DNA of 63,301 nucleotides from an uncultured SAR116 cluster alpha proteobacterium (GCA_902522415.1 CABYVI010000004.1:1-63301); one strand, 5' to 3'. Shown: positions 39,756-50,578, numbered from the stretch's first letter. Numbers and translations are program-made. The notes: generated by a model not told the origin, from the sequence alone.

Positions 39756-41657
39756 ATGAAAAAGTCATCAATTAAATATTTAATTACTATCTTTGTACTA
39801 ATATATAATTTTCCTGTTTATGGAATTACCTCGGATTGGAAAATTAGTAATGCTGAAGAAGATAGAATACTTCAGATGAGGTTAACCTCCTCAACTAACG
39901 GCGTGGTTGGTTTGAAAAAAATTCCAATTTCTTTTGAAGTTATTACAAATTCAGGATGGAAAATATATTGGAGAAACCCTGGTGACTCTGGATTGCCAAC
40001 AGAAATAAAATTTGATAACTCATCAAATGTTAGAAAAGTTGACATTTTTTGGCCCGCACCCTTTAGATTTTCAACCTTTGGTATTGATACTTTTGGATAT
40101 GAAGGTCATGTAATTTTACCAATTGATATAACCCCTAAATTAAAGGATGAGAATATAAGCTTAAATGCTCAAGTTAGTTTATTAGCATGTAAAGAGATAT
40201 GCATCCCATTTACTGAAAATCTTTTTTTGGAAATACCAAAATTACCGAATAAACCAAATAAAAATACGCGCAGCAGAGCTCAATTTATGTCATTAGTTCC
40301 AAAGCTTGATAATTCAAAAAATGGCTTATTGGGTGAAGTTTATTTAACTGAAGATGGTATTTTATTAAAAAATCCAAAAGTTAAATTGGTAGATTCTGAT
40401 ATATTTGTTGAAAATGAATATGGCATAAATTTTGGTAAGCCAGAATTAAAAGGGAAGAATATTTTATTACCTAAGCTAAATGATAATTTAAGAGAAATTA
40501 AAAACACTTTATTTAAATTCACTTATGTGGGCAATGAATTAAGTTTTCAAAATAATGTTACTTTAAATAAAAATTTTTCAAATAATGGCCTTAACTTGTT
40601 TTATGAAATAGCATTTTTCATAATGATTTCATTTGTTGGAGGTTTCGTTTTAAACTTTATGCCTTGTGTTCTTCCTGTAATTTCATTAAAGCTAGCGTCA
40701 ATAATTAATGAAAATTCTTTTGAGGTTAAGAAGGTCAGAAAATCCTTCTTATTTACCTCTATAGGTATCATTTCTAGTTTTTTGCTCCTAGCTTTTACAT
40801 TAATTTCACTCAAGCATCTTGGTCACTCTATTAGTTGGGGCATTCAATTTCAAAATAGCTATTTTTTAATTTTAATTTCATCCATAATATTTGCTTTTGG
40901 ATTAAATATGTTAGGTGTATTTGAAATTAATTTACCAAATAATATTTTAAAGCTTTTTTCTAAAAAATATCGAGGAAATTTTGATGATTTTTTGAGAGGG
41001 TTTTTGACTACTTTGCTAGCAACGCCGTGCTCTGCACCATTTGTCGGAACTGCGATAACATATGCATTTTCAGAAAATTATTTAAACATGCTTATTATTT
41101 TTTTATTTATGAGCTTGGGTCTTTCCTTTCCATGGATTTCAATAGCAATCTTCCCAGCAAGTTTAAGTTATTTGCCTTCACCAGGTAGATGGATGGTACA
41201 ATTCAAATATTTGTTAGGTGCCGGACTTATACTGACTGCCATTTGGATTTTCTCAATATTTTTAACATCAATAAACTATAATTTTTTAGTATCGAGACAA
41301 ATCATTGATAATAAATTTATTATATCTTGGCAAAAAGGTTATGCTGAGAAGCTTGCTGAAAAAGGAGAAATTGTTTTGGTTGATATTACCGCTGATTGGT
41401 GTTTGACATGTAAATTAAACAAATTTACCATTTTTAATGATAATTATTTAGAACAAGAAATTAAAAAGGGTAATATTAAATTTGTGCAGGGAGACTGGAC
41501 TTTGCCTGATCAAGATATACTTGAATTTCTTGGAGAAAATAAAAAGTATGGTATTCCTTTTAATATTATATATGGCCCAAAATATACCCAAGGTATAATA
41601 TTACCTGAAATTTTAACAATAAAATCAATAATGAAAGCAATAGAAAAAGTTCAATAA
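39756..41657 (+). CDS. DsbD/ScsB-family protein-disulfide reductase
   Basis: GWKIYWRNPGDSG, CKEIC, NFMPCVLP, ATPCSAP and thioredoxin WCLTC motifs. Confidence 0.9.
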   Translation: MKKSSIKYLITIFVLIYNFPVYGITSDWKISNAEEDRILQMRLTSSTNGVVGLKKIPISFEVITNSGWKIYWRNPGDSGLPTEIKFDNSSNVRKVDIFWPAPFRFSTFGIDTFGYEGHVILPIDITPKLKDENISLNAQVSLLACKEICIPFTENLFLEIPKLPNKPNKNTRSRAQFMSLVPKLDNSKNGLLGEVYLTEDGILLKNPKVKLVDSDIFVENEYGINFGKPELKGKNILLPKLNDNLREIKNTLFKFTYVGNELSFQNNVTLNKNFSNNGLNLFYEIAFFIMISFVGGFVLNFMPCVLPVISLKLASIINENSFEVKKVRKSFLFTSIGIISSFLLLAFTLISLKHLGHSISWGIQFQNSYFLILISSIIFAFGLNMLGVFEINLPNNILKLFSKKYRGNFDDFLRGFLTTLLATPCSAPFVGTAITYAFSENYLNMLIIFLFMSLGLSFPWISIAIFPASLSYLPSPGRWMVQFKYLLGAGLILTAIWIFSIFLTSINYNFLVSRQIIDNKFIISWQKGYAEKLAEKGEIVLVDITADWCLTCKLNKFTIFNDNYLEQEIKKGNIKFVQGDWTLPDQDILEFLGENKKYGIPFNIIYGPKYTQGIILPEILTIKSIMKAIEKVQ

Positions 41658-41669
41658 ATAGGGTTATGA

Positions 41670-42149
41670 ATGTTTAAATTAAAAGATATTATTCATTGTG
41701 TACTAAAATATAAAGATGAGAGTGGTGTACATGAAGTCAAATTAAAAGAACTTATTTTCGATAAAAATATTGTAATTTTTGGAGTTCCAGGAGCATTCAC
41801 ATCCACCTGTTCCGCTAAGCATTTACCCGGATATGTCAAGAACTCTAGTAAAATTCTTTCACTTGGTATTGATGATATTATATGTATTTCTGTTAATGAT
41901 CCTTTTGTGATGCACGCATGGGGTGAATTTAATAATGCAAATTATAATATTAAAATGATGAGTGATGTTGGTGGTCACTTAGCGCGATCCATGAATATTG
42001 AAGCAGACTTTGGGCCTAATTTATTAATGAGAATGAAACGTTTTGCTATGATTTTAAAACAGAATGAAATTAAAAATTTTGTTATTGATGAAAAAGGCGA
42101 TTATGGGAAAACAAGTGCAGAAAATATTATTTCTTTATTACAAAAATAA
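41670..42149 (+). CDS. Peroxiredoxin (Prx5/type II)
   Basis: VPGAFTSTCS..HLPG, SVNDPFVM.AW. Confidence 0.92.
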   Translation: MFKLKDIIHCVLKYKDESGVHEVKLKELIFDKNIVIFGVPGAFTSTCSAKHLPGYVKNSSKILSLGIDDIICISVNDPFVMHAWGEFNNANYNIKMMSDVGGHLARSMNIEADFGPNLLMRMKRFAMILKQNEIKNFVIDEKGDYGKTSAENIISLLQK

Positions 42150-42150
42150 T

Positions 42151-42591
42151 TCAAAGTATTAAATTATTTTTTAAACCTTGTCGGGCTAGTTCATCAGCTC
42201 TCTCATTTTCAATATCTCCTGAATGTCCTTTAACCCATAGCCACTCAACTTTATGTATCTTAATTAGGCTTTCAAGTTTTTCCCAAAGCTCTCTATTTGC
42301 AACAGGTTTTCTAGCAGAATTTATCCAACCCTTTGCTTTCCAATTTGGAAGCCACTTAGTTATCCCATTAATTACGTATGTACTATCAGTTTTCACTAAA
42401 ACTTCAGATTTATTTTCTAAATTCTCAAAACCTTTAATTACCGCTGTCAATTCCATTTTATTATTAGTTGTCTCAAATTCACCGCCGAAATATTCATTTA
42501 TTTTATTGTCCTGTTTTATAATTACGCACCATCCTCCAGGGCCAGGATTCCCACTACATGCTCCATCAGTAATGAAAGTAAATTTTTCCAT
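42151..42591 (-). CDS. rnhA: Ribonuclease HI
   Basis: TDGACSGNPGPGG, TTNNKMEL, WVKGH, NERADELA. Confidence 0.97.
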   Translation of the reverse strand: MEKFTFITDGACSGNPGPGGWCVIIKQDNKINEYFGGEFETTNNKMELTAVIKGFENLENKSEVLVKTDSTYVINGITKWLPNWKAKGWINSARKPVANRELWEKLESLIKIHKVEWLWVKGHSGDIENERADELARQGLKNNLIL

Positions 42592-43545
42592 CTATCTAAT
42601 ACCTAGATTCTCCAAATTATCAAAAAAAAGAATTTTTTCATAATAATCATTTGGATTTAACTTTTTCACATTTGCATTAGAAGGTGTATTAAACCAGTCA
42701 AATAATCTTGTAAGATAAAATCTTATTGCTGCCCCCTTAGATAGTATTAACAAGCTATTTTTTTCTTTAATGCTTAATTTTCTAATACTTTCATAGCCTG
42801 TAACTATTGACTGAGCTCTTTCAATAAGAAAATTTCCATTTTCATTAAAACACCAAGAATTTATACAAATTGAGAGATCGTAAGCTAAAATATCATAGCA
42901 AGCAAAATAAAAATCTATGATCCCACTTAATTTGTTTCCAATAAAAAAAACGTTATCTGGAAATAAATCAGCATGTATACTTCCTTTTTGTAGATCCATT
43001 GGCCAATTATTTACTGTCTCTACAATAATATTTCTAACTTTTGCAAAGTTATATTCATTATTATTTTTTGAGTTTTTTATGCTTTTGTTAAAAAGATCTA
43101 ACCATGATTTATATCCTAAATCATTGTGTCTTCTTTCATTAAATTTTAATCCTTGAATATGAAAATTAGCAAGTGACCTTCCTAATTCATAACAATGGTC
43201 GGTATTGATATTCTTAATTGCATTTCCAGATAAAAAACTAACTATCAGAGATTTCTTTTTTTTTATATTCTGGAGCTTTAAACCATTTTTATCACTAAGT
43301 GGTTGAGGACAATTAATTCCATTTTGATGAAGATGCTCCATCAGATTAATAAAGTATGGGAGATCTTTTTTATTTACTCGTTTTTCATATATAGTAAGTA
43401 TATAGTTATTCTTATTAGTAATAATTTTATAGTTTGAATTTTCAATTCCTTCTTCTATCTCAACCATTTTAATAAAATTGCCTGCGTCATATTTTTGAAA
43501 TAACTCTTTTATTTGATCAGGAGATACTTTAGTATAGACAGCCAT
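42592..43545 (-). CDS. thrB: Homoserine kinase type II
   Basis: MAVYT, GIENSNY, HADLFPDN, IDFYFAC. Confidence 0.95.
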   Translation of the reverse strand: MAVYTKVSPDQIKELFQKYDAGNFIKMVEIEEGIENSNYKIITNKNNYILTIYEKRVNKKDLPYFINLMEHLHQNGINCPQPLSDKNGLKLQNIKKKKSLIVSFLSGNAIKNINTDHCYELGRSLANFHIQGLKFNERRHNDLGYKSWLDLFNKSIKNSKNNNEYNFAKVRNIIVETVNNWPMDLQKGSIHADLFPDNVFFIGNKLSGIIDFYFACYDILAYDLSICINSWCFNENGNFLIERAQSIVTGYESIRKLSIKEKNSLLILSKGAAIRFYLTRLFDWFNTPSNANVKKLNPNDYYEKILFFDNLENLGIR

Positions 43546-44505
43546 TTATTTATCTAAAATTTTAGGTAGTTTAAAATATACATTTTCTTGTATAGAATGG
43601 TTTTGTATCTCTTTAGTGTTGTACAATTCTGAGAATTTGTTCCTTATATCTTCAATAAGTATTTCGGGAGCTGAGGCTCCAGATGAAAGTCCAATATTAT
43701 CGACTTGATCAATTTCTTTCCAATTTATGTAATTTACATCAGAAATTAAAAATGATTTTTGGCAACCTGCTTTTTGCGCAACTTCTACCAATCTCTGAGA
43801 ATTTGATGAGTTTTCTGAACCTACGATAAGCATAATATCTACTGTTGGTGCTATCTCTTTAACAGCTTGCTGTCTGTTAGTAGTAGCATAGCATATATCA
43901 CCTTTTTTCGGACCGTTAATACTAGGAAATCTTCTTTTTAGAACACTCACAATTTCTTTAGTATCATCAACAGATAATGTTGTTTGACTTAGCCATGCAA
44001 GATTATTACTCGGTGCTTTAACATTTTCAGCTTCATTTATTGTTTGGATTAATGTAATGCTTTCTTTTGGAACTTGACCTCTGGTACCCTCAATTTCAGG
44101 ATGACCGTCATGGCCAATTAAAAAAATATGATAACCACTATTATGAAGCTTAAGAGCCTCTAGATGAACTTTTGTTACAAGTGGGCAAGTAGCATCAAAA
44201 ACAGTTAATTTATTATTAAAAGCACTCTCAGAAACATTTTTAGCTACGCCGTGTGCAGAAAAAATTATATTAGCATTTTTGGGAACGGAATTTAAATCTT
44301 CTACAAAAATAGCACCAGCATTAGCTAGTCTTTTAACTACATGTTTGTTATGGACTATTTCATGTTTAACATAAACAGGTTTGCCATATAATTTTAAAGC
44401 TTGCTCGACAATCTTTATTGCTCTTTCAACGCCAGCACAAAAACCTCTAGGGGAAGCTAGAAATAAATTCTTATTTTTTTTTGTTGAAATACTTGGACTG
44501 CTCAT
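43546..44505 (-). CDS. ispH: 4-hydroxy-3-methylbut-2-enyl diphosphate reductase
   Basis: PRGFCAGV, DATCPLV, ICYATTNRQ, SSNS. Confidence 0.97.
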   Translation of the reverse strand: MSSPSISTKKNKNLFLASPRGFCAGVERAIKIVEQALKLYGKPVYVKHEIVHNKHVVKRLANAGAIFVEDLNSVPKNANIIFSAHGVAKNVSESAFNNKLTVFDATCPLVTKVHLEALKLHNSGYHIFLIGHDGHPEIEGTRGQVPKESITLIQTINEAENVKAPSNNLAWLSQTTLSVDDTKEIVSVLKRRFPSINGPKKGDICYATTNRQQAVKEIAPTVDIMLIVGSENSSNSQRLVEVAQKAGCQKSFLISDVNYINWKEIDQVDNIGLSSGASAPEILIEDIRNKFSELYNTKEIQNHSIQENVYFKLPKILDK

Positions 44506-44557
44506 TTTAATACACCTAAACTATATATATATTAGGTAATTATAAAACTAAAAGTTT

Positions 44558-45040
44558 TTATGCATTAATATTAAAACTCTTAGATGATTGCAAAATCATA
44601 TCATTTGATTTTTTTTCATTCATTTCTTTATTTAAGCATTTTTCTGATGCTGATATTGATAAATCAACAACAATATTTTTAACATCAATAAGTGCTTGTT
44701 TTTCAGCAGCTTTAATTTTTTGTTTTATTTGCTCTTCTTGACGTAATATGAGCTTATTAGTATTTTCTTCAGCAGTTTTTTGAAGATGTTTTGCATTTTC
44801 TTTCGCCCTTAAAATGATGTTCTTAGCTTCCTCTTCTGCTTCTTGTTGAAGAATTTTATAATTATTAAGGACTTCTTTTGCTTCTATCCGTAATTTTTCT
44901 GCCTCTTCTAATTTTTTTTGCACTTCATCTGCTCTAGATTGTAAAATATTCACAAAAGGTTTAGCGCCATATCTCCATGCAATAATACAAAAAACTACAA
45001 ACCCAAATGCTACCCAACCAGCTTCATCAATAGCCATCAC
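44558..45040 (-). CDS. atpF: ATP synthase Fo subunit b
   Basis: Single N-terminal TM plus charged coiled coil; last gene of the Fo operon. Confidence 0.9.
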   Translation of the reverse strand: MMAIDEAGWVAFGFVVFCIIAWRYGAKPFVNILQSRADEVQKKLEEAEKLRIEAKEVLNNYKILQQEAEEEAKNIILRAKENAKHLQKTAEENTNKLILRQEEQIKQKIKAAEKQALIDVKNIVVDLSISASEKCLNKEMNEKKSNDMILQSSKSFNINA

Positions 45041-45047
45041 TCAATTC

Positions 45048-45644
45048 CTATTTTAAATTTTTTAATAAATTAAAACTTTTCATCTCTTCGTTGATACTTT
45101 CACTAATTAAATTTTTATTAATTTCTATACCAGAGACTTTGTCGGAAATTAAAACTGCAATTTCTGAGGATAATTTATTTATATTTTTTAAACTTTCATT
45201 TTTGGTAACTAGAATATTTTTTTCAGCCATAGCAAGTTTTTTAGAAAGTTTATCTTTAACTAAATTTTCTGCCTCAAGAAGCTCTACTTTTGTTTTTTCA
45301 ACAGCTTCTCTAACTATTTCTATAGCTTTTTGCTTAGCTGCAGAAATTGATTTATCTTGATTGCTTTTATTTTCTTCAGCACTTTCTCTTGCCTTTTTCG
45401 CTTCAAAAAGATCATTATCTATCTTTTCTTTTCTGTGATTTAATATTTCTGACATTCTTGGTGTTACATAGTACTTAAGAACTATATATGTAAAACCAAA
45501 AGTTAATACTAACCAGAAGATTAAACTTGGATAGGTTGTTACATCTAATTGAGGCATTCCCTCGTTACTTTTGCTAGCAGCAAAAGTAATTTTTGAATAA
45601 AATGTTACAAAAATCAAGAAAGTTAATTTAAGTTTATAAGCCAC
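45048..45644 (-). CDS. ATP synthase Fo subunit b'
   Basis: MPQLD..TYPS.IFWL motif, coiled coil. Confidence 0.9.
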   Translation of the reverse strand: MAYKLKLTFLIFVTFYSKITFAASKSNEGMPQLDVTTYPSLIFWLVLTFGFTYIVLKYYVTPRMSEILNHRKEKIDNDLFEAKKARESAEENKSNQDKSISAAKQKAIEIVREAVEKTKVELLEAENLVKDKLSKKLAMAEKNILVTKNESLKNINKLSSEIAVLISDKVSGIEINKNLISESINEEMKSFNLLKNLK

Positions 45645-45674
45645 AAAAATTCCAATTAAATAAGTTAATTTAAA

Positions 45675-45902
45675 TTAGAAAGCAAACAATATTAAGAATG
45701 CTACAACCAATCCAAAAAGGCCTGTTGCTTCAACCAAAGCAAAATATAAAAAAGCAATAGCTCTTAATTCACCCGACATAGAAGGGTTTCTTGCCATACT
45801 ATTCACAATACCTGAAAAAAGGACACCAAGTCCAACTGCAGCTCCTAAAAGTGGTGCTACTGCTAATCCTGCTGCTATAAGTTTTGCTGCTTCTGTTTCC
45901 AT
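45675..45902 (-). CDS. atpE: ATP synthase Fo subunit c
   Basis: Helical hairpin, ARNP loop, conserved Glu in FALVEA. Confidence 0.96.
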   Translation of the reverse strand: METEAAKLIAAGLAVAPLLGAAVGLGVLFSGIVNSMARNPSMSGELRAIAFLYFALVEATGLFGLVVAFLILFAF

Positions 45903-45931
45903 TTTATTTTCTCCAAAGTTTTAAGTTAATG

Positions 45932-46801
45932 TTAATGGTGAAGATTTAATGCATCATTTAAATAGATGCATGTTAAAACCGTAAATACATACGCTTGTAA
46001 TACTGCAACTAGAACTTCTAAAGCTGTCATGCCAATTATTGCTGCTATCGGTAGAATTGCGACTGGTACGAGGAATATACTTCCTGAACCAATAAGCATA
46101 ACTGCTAAACCTCCAAATACCTTAAGAAGTGTATGGCCTGCAAGCATATTTGCAAATAGTCTTACAGATAAGCTTATTGGTCTTATACAGTATGATATAA
46201 ATTCAATTACAAAAAGAAGAGGTTGAAGCACTAATGGTGTCCCTGAAGGCAAGAATAATGACAGAAAACCAAACCCGTGTCTAAAAATTCCAATTATTGT
46301 TACTGAAATAAAAATAATTATTGCCATAAAAAAAGTAATAATTATTTGACTGGTAAATGTGTAACTATAAGGCAGCATTCCTAGTAAATTTCCGAATAAA
46401 ACTAGTAAAAAAAGTGTAAAAATAAATGAAAAATATGGTCGTCCAGAGTTACCTGTGTTTTCTAATAAAAGATTTTCAACAAATTCAAAAATCATTTCTG
46501 AAATTGATTGTATTTTACCTGGTATCATTTCTGCAGATCGCACTCCAAATATAAGTAGTGTTAATGGAACTATAGATGCAAGAACCATAAATAATGAGGC
46601 ATTAGTGAATGAAATGTCATAACCAAAAATTGGATCTTTAATTTGAATTAAGGTTTTAACTACAAATTGTTCAATAGGCGAGTGCATACCTGACCCAGCT
46701 GCAAAAACAAAGTTTGGTAATAACACTAAAAAGATTGAAAAAAATAAAAGATTAATTTTTTTAAGTGTTAAATATGAAAATCTATTTTTATTTGTTTTCA
46801 T
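45932..46801 (-). CDS. atpB: ATP synthase Fo subunit a
   Basis: RPISLSVRLFANMLAGH, LQAYVF. Start at ATG 46801 (or 46687). Confidence 0.96.
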   Translation of the reverse strand: MKTNKNRFSYLTLKKINLLFFSIFLVLLPNFVFAAGSGMHSPIEQFVVKTLIQIKDPIFGYDISFTNASLFMVLASIVPLTLLIFGVRSAEMIPGKIQSISEMIFEFVENLLLENTGNSGRPYFSFIFTLFLLVLFGNLLGMLPYSYTFTSQIIITFFMAIIIFISVTIIGIFRHGFGFLSLFLPSGTPLVLQPLLFVIEFISYCIRPISLSVRLFANMLAGHTLLKVFGGLAVMLIGSGSIFLVPVAILPIAAIIGMTALEVLVAVLQAYVFTVLTCIYLNDALNLHH

Positions 46802-47081
46802 AAATATTTTTCTTCCAGATTGTATAAATTCCACTGATTCCACCTAAAAATATCCCTATTAACATAAATATAGGAGAGGTAAATAAAATTGTATCAAGAT
46901 AATAACCTAAAAAACCTCCAATTAAAAATCCCAAAATTAATTCAACAAGTGTTCTAATGCCACTGCTATATTCTTTGAGATTAGAATTAGTTCTACTGAC
47001 TTTTTGGTCACCCACATCTTTTTCTAAGCTTTTAATTCTCTCATCTAATTTATTAATTAGTTCTTTATCGTTTTCCCGCAA
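46788..47081 (-). CDS. atpI: AtpZ/AtpI family protein
   Basis: G..LGYYLD....TSP.F motif; first gene of the Fo operon. Confidence 0.85.
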   Translation of the reverse strand: MRENDKELINKLDERIKSLEKDVGDQKVSRTNSNLKEYSSGIRTLVELILGFLIGGFLGYYLDTILFTSPIFMLIGIFLGGISGIYTIWKKNIYENK

Positions 47082-47116
47082 TTATTAGTTAAATATTTGT
47101 TAAAATTTATGATCGC

Positions 47117-47145
47117 AAACTAAATCTCGATGTAAATAATGTCAA
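47117..47145 (-). promoter_or_regulatory. Putative sigma70 promoter of the atp Fo operon
   Basis: TTGACA (47145-47140), 17-nt spacer, TAGTTT, 35 nt upstream of atpI. Confidence 0.55.
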
Positions 47146-47164
47146 GATTATAAAGTTATTTATT

Positions 47165-50100
47165 TTATGTTATTTCTCTTAGATCAACTGCTTTTTCTAA
47201 ATTAACAGAAACTAATTGACTAACACCTTTTTCTGTCATGGTAACACCATAAAGTCTATCCATTCTTGCCATAGTCAATCTATGATGAGTGATAATCATA
47301 AATCTCGTATTAGTAGCCTTTTTAATTTCCTCTAATAAATCACAAAATCTTGCAACATTTGTGTCATCTAAAGGGGCATCGACTTCATCTAAAACACACA
47401 AAGGTGAGGGATTAGTTAAAAAAACAGCAAATAGCAGTGACAATGCTGTAAGTGCTTTTTCACCACCTGATAAAAGTGAAAGTGTTTGAAGTTGTTTTCC
47501 AGGGGGTTTAGCCATAATCTCAAGACCAGAATTTAGAGGGTCACTAGGGTCAGTAAACTCAAGTTTAGCTTCACCACCACCAAATAATTGTTTAAAAATT
47601 TTCTTAAACTGTTCTTGAACTTTTTTGAAAGAAATTAAAATTCTTTCTTTTCCTTCTCTATTAAGAGTTTTAATGCTAGTTCTAAGTTTTTCAATTGCAT
47701 TTTGAAGATCTTGTGATTCTTTTAATATATTTGAAATCTGATCTTCTAATTCTTTCATTTCAATTTCAGCTCTCAAATTAACTGGGCCCATTTCATCTCT
47801 TTCACGAATGAGTCTTCTTTCTCTTGATTCTAAATCTTCTAAATTAGTCTCCAATTCTTTTTCGCTAAATCCCACTTTATCAAGCAGCAATTTTGGTAAG
47901 CAACCAAACTTATTTTCAATACTCTCAGTTAATAGATTTACATCATTTTCAGTGACAGTTTTTTCACTTTCAATTTTTACCTTATTTTCGGTTGCTGTTC
48001 TTAACTCAATTTCAATATTTCTACATACTAAATCTAATTCTTTATATTTATTTTCAGATTGAGAGACTTGATCACTTATTTTTCGACATAGGGTTTCTTG
48101 ATGATCAATTTTAGTTAAAATTTCATCCTTCTGCTTATTAAGTTGACTGGGTTTTGAAAAAAGATTTTTTACTTCTCTTTCAAGATTGTTTTCTTTAATT
48201 TTTAGCTCTTCTATTTGATTTAAGGAATCTTTTGTTCTTTTCTCCCATTCTTCTTTCTCTATTTTAATATCTTTAATTCTATTGAAGCAAAAAATTTTAT
48301 TTTGTTCCAGTTTTGCTTTTTCACTTATCAGTTTTGAAAGATTTGATCTTAAATCATCATAAATATTATTAATTTTTTTGAGTTTAGAATTTAATGTAGA
48401 ATCTTCTTCAAACTTTGATATATTTTTATTGATATCCTTAATTTGAGCTTCAACAAGGTTTACTTCTCTTTGTATTAGTTCATTTTTTTCCTTTTTATTT
48501 CCTTCTTTAAGAATTAGTTCGTTAAGTTCATACTCCAATCGAGTTTTAGTATCTTTTTTTTCATTGTGAGATAAATTCTGACTTTCAATCTTATTTTTGA
48601 TTTTTGTATAATTATCTAAATATGAATCAAATTTTTTTTTATCATTTTCTAGTTTTTTATATAGAATTATTTTTTCATCTTCTAATAAACCCAATCTATT
48701 AGTTTGCTTTAAAATTTCAGAGGCAGTTGATTTTGATCCAGGAGGAATGATGAAACCATCCCATCTCCATAATCCACCTTTACTTGTTGTTATAGATTGT
48801 CCAGGCAAAAGATCTTTTTGAAGTTTTTTTGCATCATCTTCAGATTTTGCTATCCCAACATTTAATAGCAAATTTTTAGCAAGTGACGGATTATCAATAA
48901 ATTCAATTAAGGGGCTGGTATCTTTGGGATAGCCTGATTGGTTTGAATTATCAATTTTCACCCAATGTGGTTGACTGCTCTGTGTAAGTCCTGCTTCAAG
49001 ACTTTCACCGAGAACGTGACTAACAGAATTTTCATAGCCTTCTTTTACCACTAACTTTTGAGATAATTTTAGTGATTTTGTCTTTTCGTCAGTTTGAATA
49101 ATTCTTTTAATTGCATTTAATTCTGTATCAATATTTTGAAAATTTTTAGATGAGTTTTCATATTTAGTTTTAGAATCATCTAAATCAGCTGAAGCTTTTT
49201 TGAAGATTGTTTCCAATTTTGACAATTCATCTTGGAAAGACATAATTTCATTATTTATTCTTAAAAGCTGTTCCTCAATATTATTAATTTTTGTTAAATT
49301 ATTAATATTTTGATAACTTGATATTTCATCAATAAATTTTGATTTTTGATTATGAAGTCTAACTCTTTCATCATTTAGACTATCATATTTAAACTTGTTA
49401 GAATTGATTAATGAAGCAATTTCTCTTCGCTTATTTTCTACTTTATTTGTTTCATTCTGAACCTTAGAAAGTGTTTCACTGTTTTTGGCAATTTTTATTT
49501 CTTGCTTTTCAAGATCTTTAATTAATACTTTATTTTCATTTTCAAGTTTTTTTAACACTTTTTCAGCTTCAATATTCAATCTCTTTTCTCTATTTGTGCT
49601 ATCTTTAATATCTTCCAAGCTAGTTTTAGCTTTATCTTGTTTTTCGATAATTTGATTTAGTTCATTTTCAATAGCTGATAAGTTAATTTTGAAATTTTGG
49701 AGTACTGCAAATTGATCAGTTTCTTTTTTCCTTAATTGTGGGAGGAGGTTGCTAGCCTCTAATCTATTATTTTCAGCAACGCCTAAATTTTGTGATAAAT
49801 CTATATAAATCTTATTAGAGTTTTCAAAATGATCAAATAACTTTTCTAGATCTTTTTGTCGATCAGTATATTTCTTTAATAATAAAATTGCTTCAACTTT
49901 TCTTAGTCTGTCACCAACTGATCTATATCTTGAAGCCTGTCTAGCTTGTTTAGTGAGAGATCTTTTTTGATCTTCCATGGTAATTATTACATCATCTAAT
50001 CTTTCTAAATTAGTTTCAGCAGCATTAAGTCTTAATTCTGCCTCATGTCTTCTATGATACAATCCAGTAATATTAGCAGCTTCTTCTAATAACGATCTTC

Positions 50101-50578
50101 TAGTTTCAGGTTTAGCATTTATTAAATTAGCAATTTGTCCCTGCGAAACTATACCAGAGGTTCTAGCTCCAGTTGAGTTATCTGCAAATAATAAATTTAC
50201 ATCTTTTGCTCTAACGGAATTAGAGTTTATGGTCCAACTAGATCCTTTTCCACGTTCTATTCTTCTTTTTACTTCAAGTTCATCATATTCATTGAATTGA
50301 GAAAGTGTTTTCATTTCTGTATTATCTAATACAACTGTTACTTCAGACATATCTCTAGCGGGACGATTTGCGGAACCACCAAAAATAACATCATCCATAT
50401 CATCTCCACGCATTTGCTTAGCGCTAGACTCCCCCATAACCCATTTAATTGCTTCAACAACATTTGATTTTCCACATCCATTTGGTCCTACAATACCTGT
50501 TAGGCCATCTTGGATTTCAAAATCAACTGGTTCAACAAATGATTTGAAGCTATTTAATTTTAGTTTTTTAAATTTCAA
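47165..50578 (-). CDS. smc: Chromosome segregation protein SMC
   Basis: GPNGCGKSN, long coiled coils, hinge GGLWRWDG, LSGGE, LDEVDAPLD. Confidence 0.97.
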   Translation of the reverse strand: MKFKKLKLNSFKSFVEPVDFEIQDGLTGIVGPNGCGKSNVVEAIKWVMGESSAKQMRGDDMDDVIFGGSANRPARDMSEVTVVLDNTEMKTLSQFNEYDELEVKRRIERGKGSSWTINSNSVRAKDVNLLFADNSTGARTSGIVSQGQIANLINAKPETRRSLLEEAANITGLYHRRHEAELRLNAAETNLERLDDVIITMEDQKRSLTKQARQASRYRSVGDRLRKVEAILLLKKYTDRQKDLEKLFDHFENSNKIYIDLSQNLGVAENNRLEASNLLPQLRKKETDQFAVLQNFKINLSAIENELNQIIEKQDKAKTSLEDIKDSTNREKRLNIEAEKVLKKLENENKVLIKDLEKQEIKIAKNSETLSKVQNETNKVENKRREIASLINSNKFKYDSLNDERVRLHNQKSKFIDEISSYQNINNLTKINNIEEQLLRINNEIMSFQDELSKLETIFKKASADLDDSKTKYENSSKNFQNIDTELNAIKRIIQTDEKTKSLKLSQKLVVKEGYENSVSHVLGESLEAGLTQSSQPHWVKIDNSNQSGYPKDTSPLIEFIDNPSLAKNLLLNVGIAKSEDDAKKLQKDLLPGQSITTSKGGLWRWDGFIIPPGSKSTASEILKQTNRLGLLEDEKIILYKKLENDKKKFDSYLDNYTKIKNKIESQNLSHNEKKDTKTRLEYELNELILKEGNKKEKNELIQREVNLVEAQIKDINKNISKFEEDSTLNSKLKKINNIYDDLRSNLSKLISEKAKLEQNKIFCFNRIKDIKIEKEEWEKRTKDSLNQIEELKIKENNLEREVKNLFSKPSQLNKQKDEILTKIDHQETLCRKISDQVSQSENKYKELDLVCRNIEIELRTATENKVKIESEKTVTENDVNLLTESIENKFGCLPKLLLDKVGFSEKELETNLEDLESRERRLIRERDEMGPVNLRAEIEMKELEDQISNILKESQDLQNAIEKLRTSIKTLNREGKERILISFKKVQEQFKKIFKQLFGGGEAKLEFTDPSDPLNSGLEIMAKPPGKQLQTLSLLSGGEKALTALSLLFAVFLTNPSPLCVLDEVDAPLDDTNVARFCDLLEEIKKATNTRFMIITHHRLTMARMDRLYGVTMTEKGVSQLVSVNLEKAVDLREIT

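Noticed and set aside
39756-42149. DsbD-like protein plus peroxiredoxin as a periplasmic peroxide-reduction system
   Set aside because: The peroxiredoxin has no signal peptide, and the adjacency matches ordinary alphaproteobacterial gene order.
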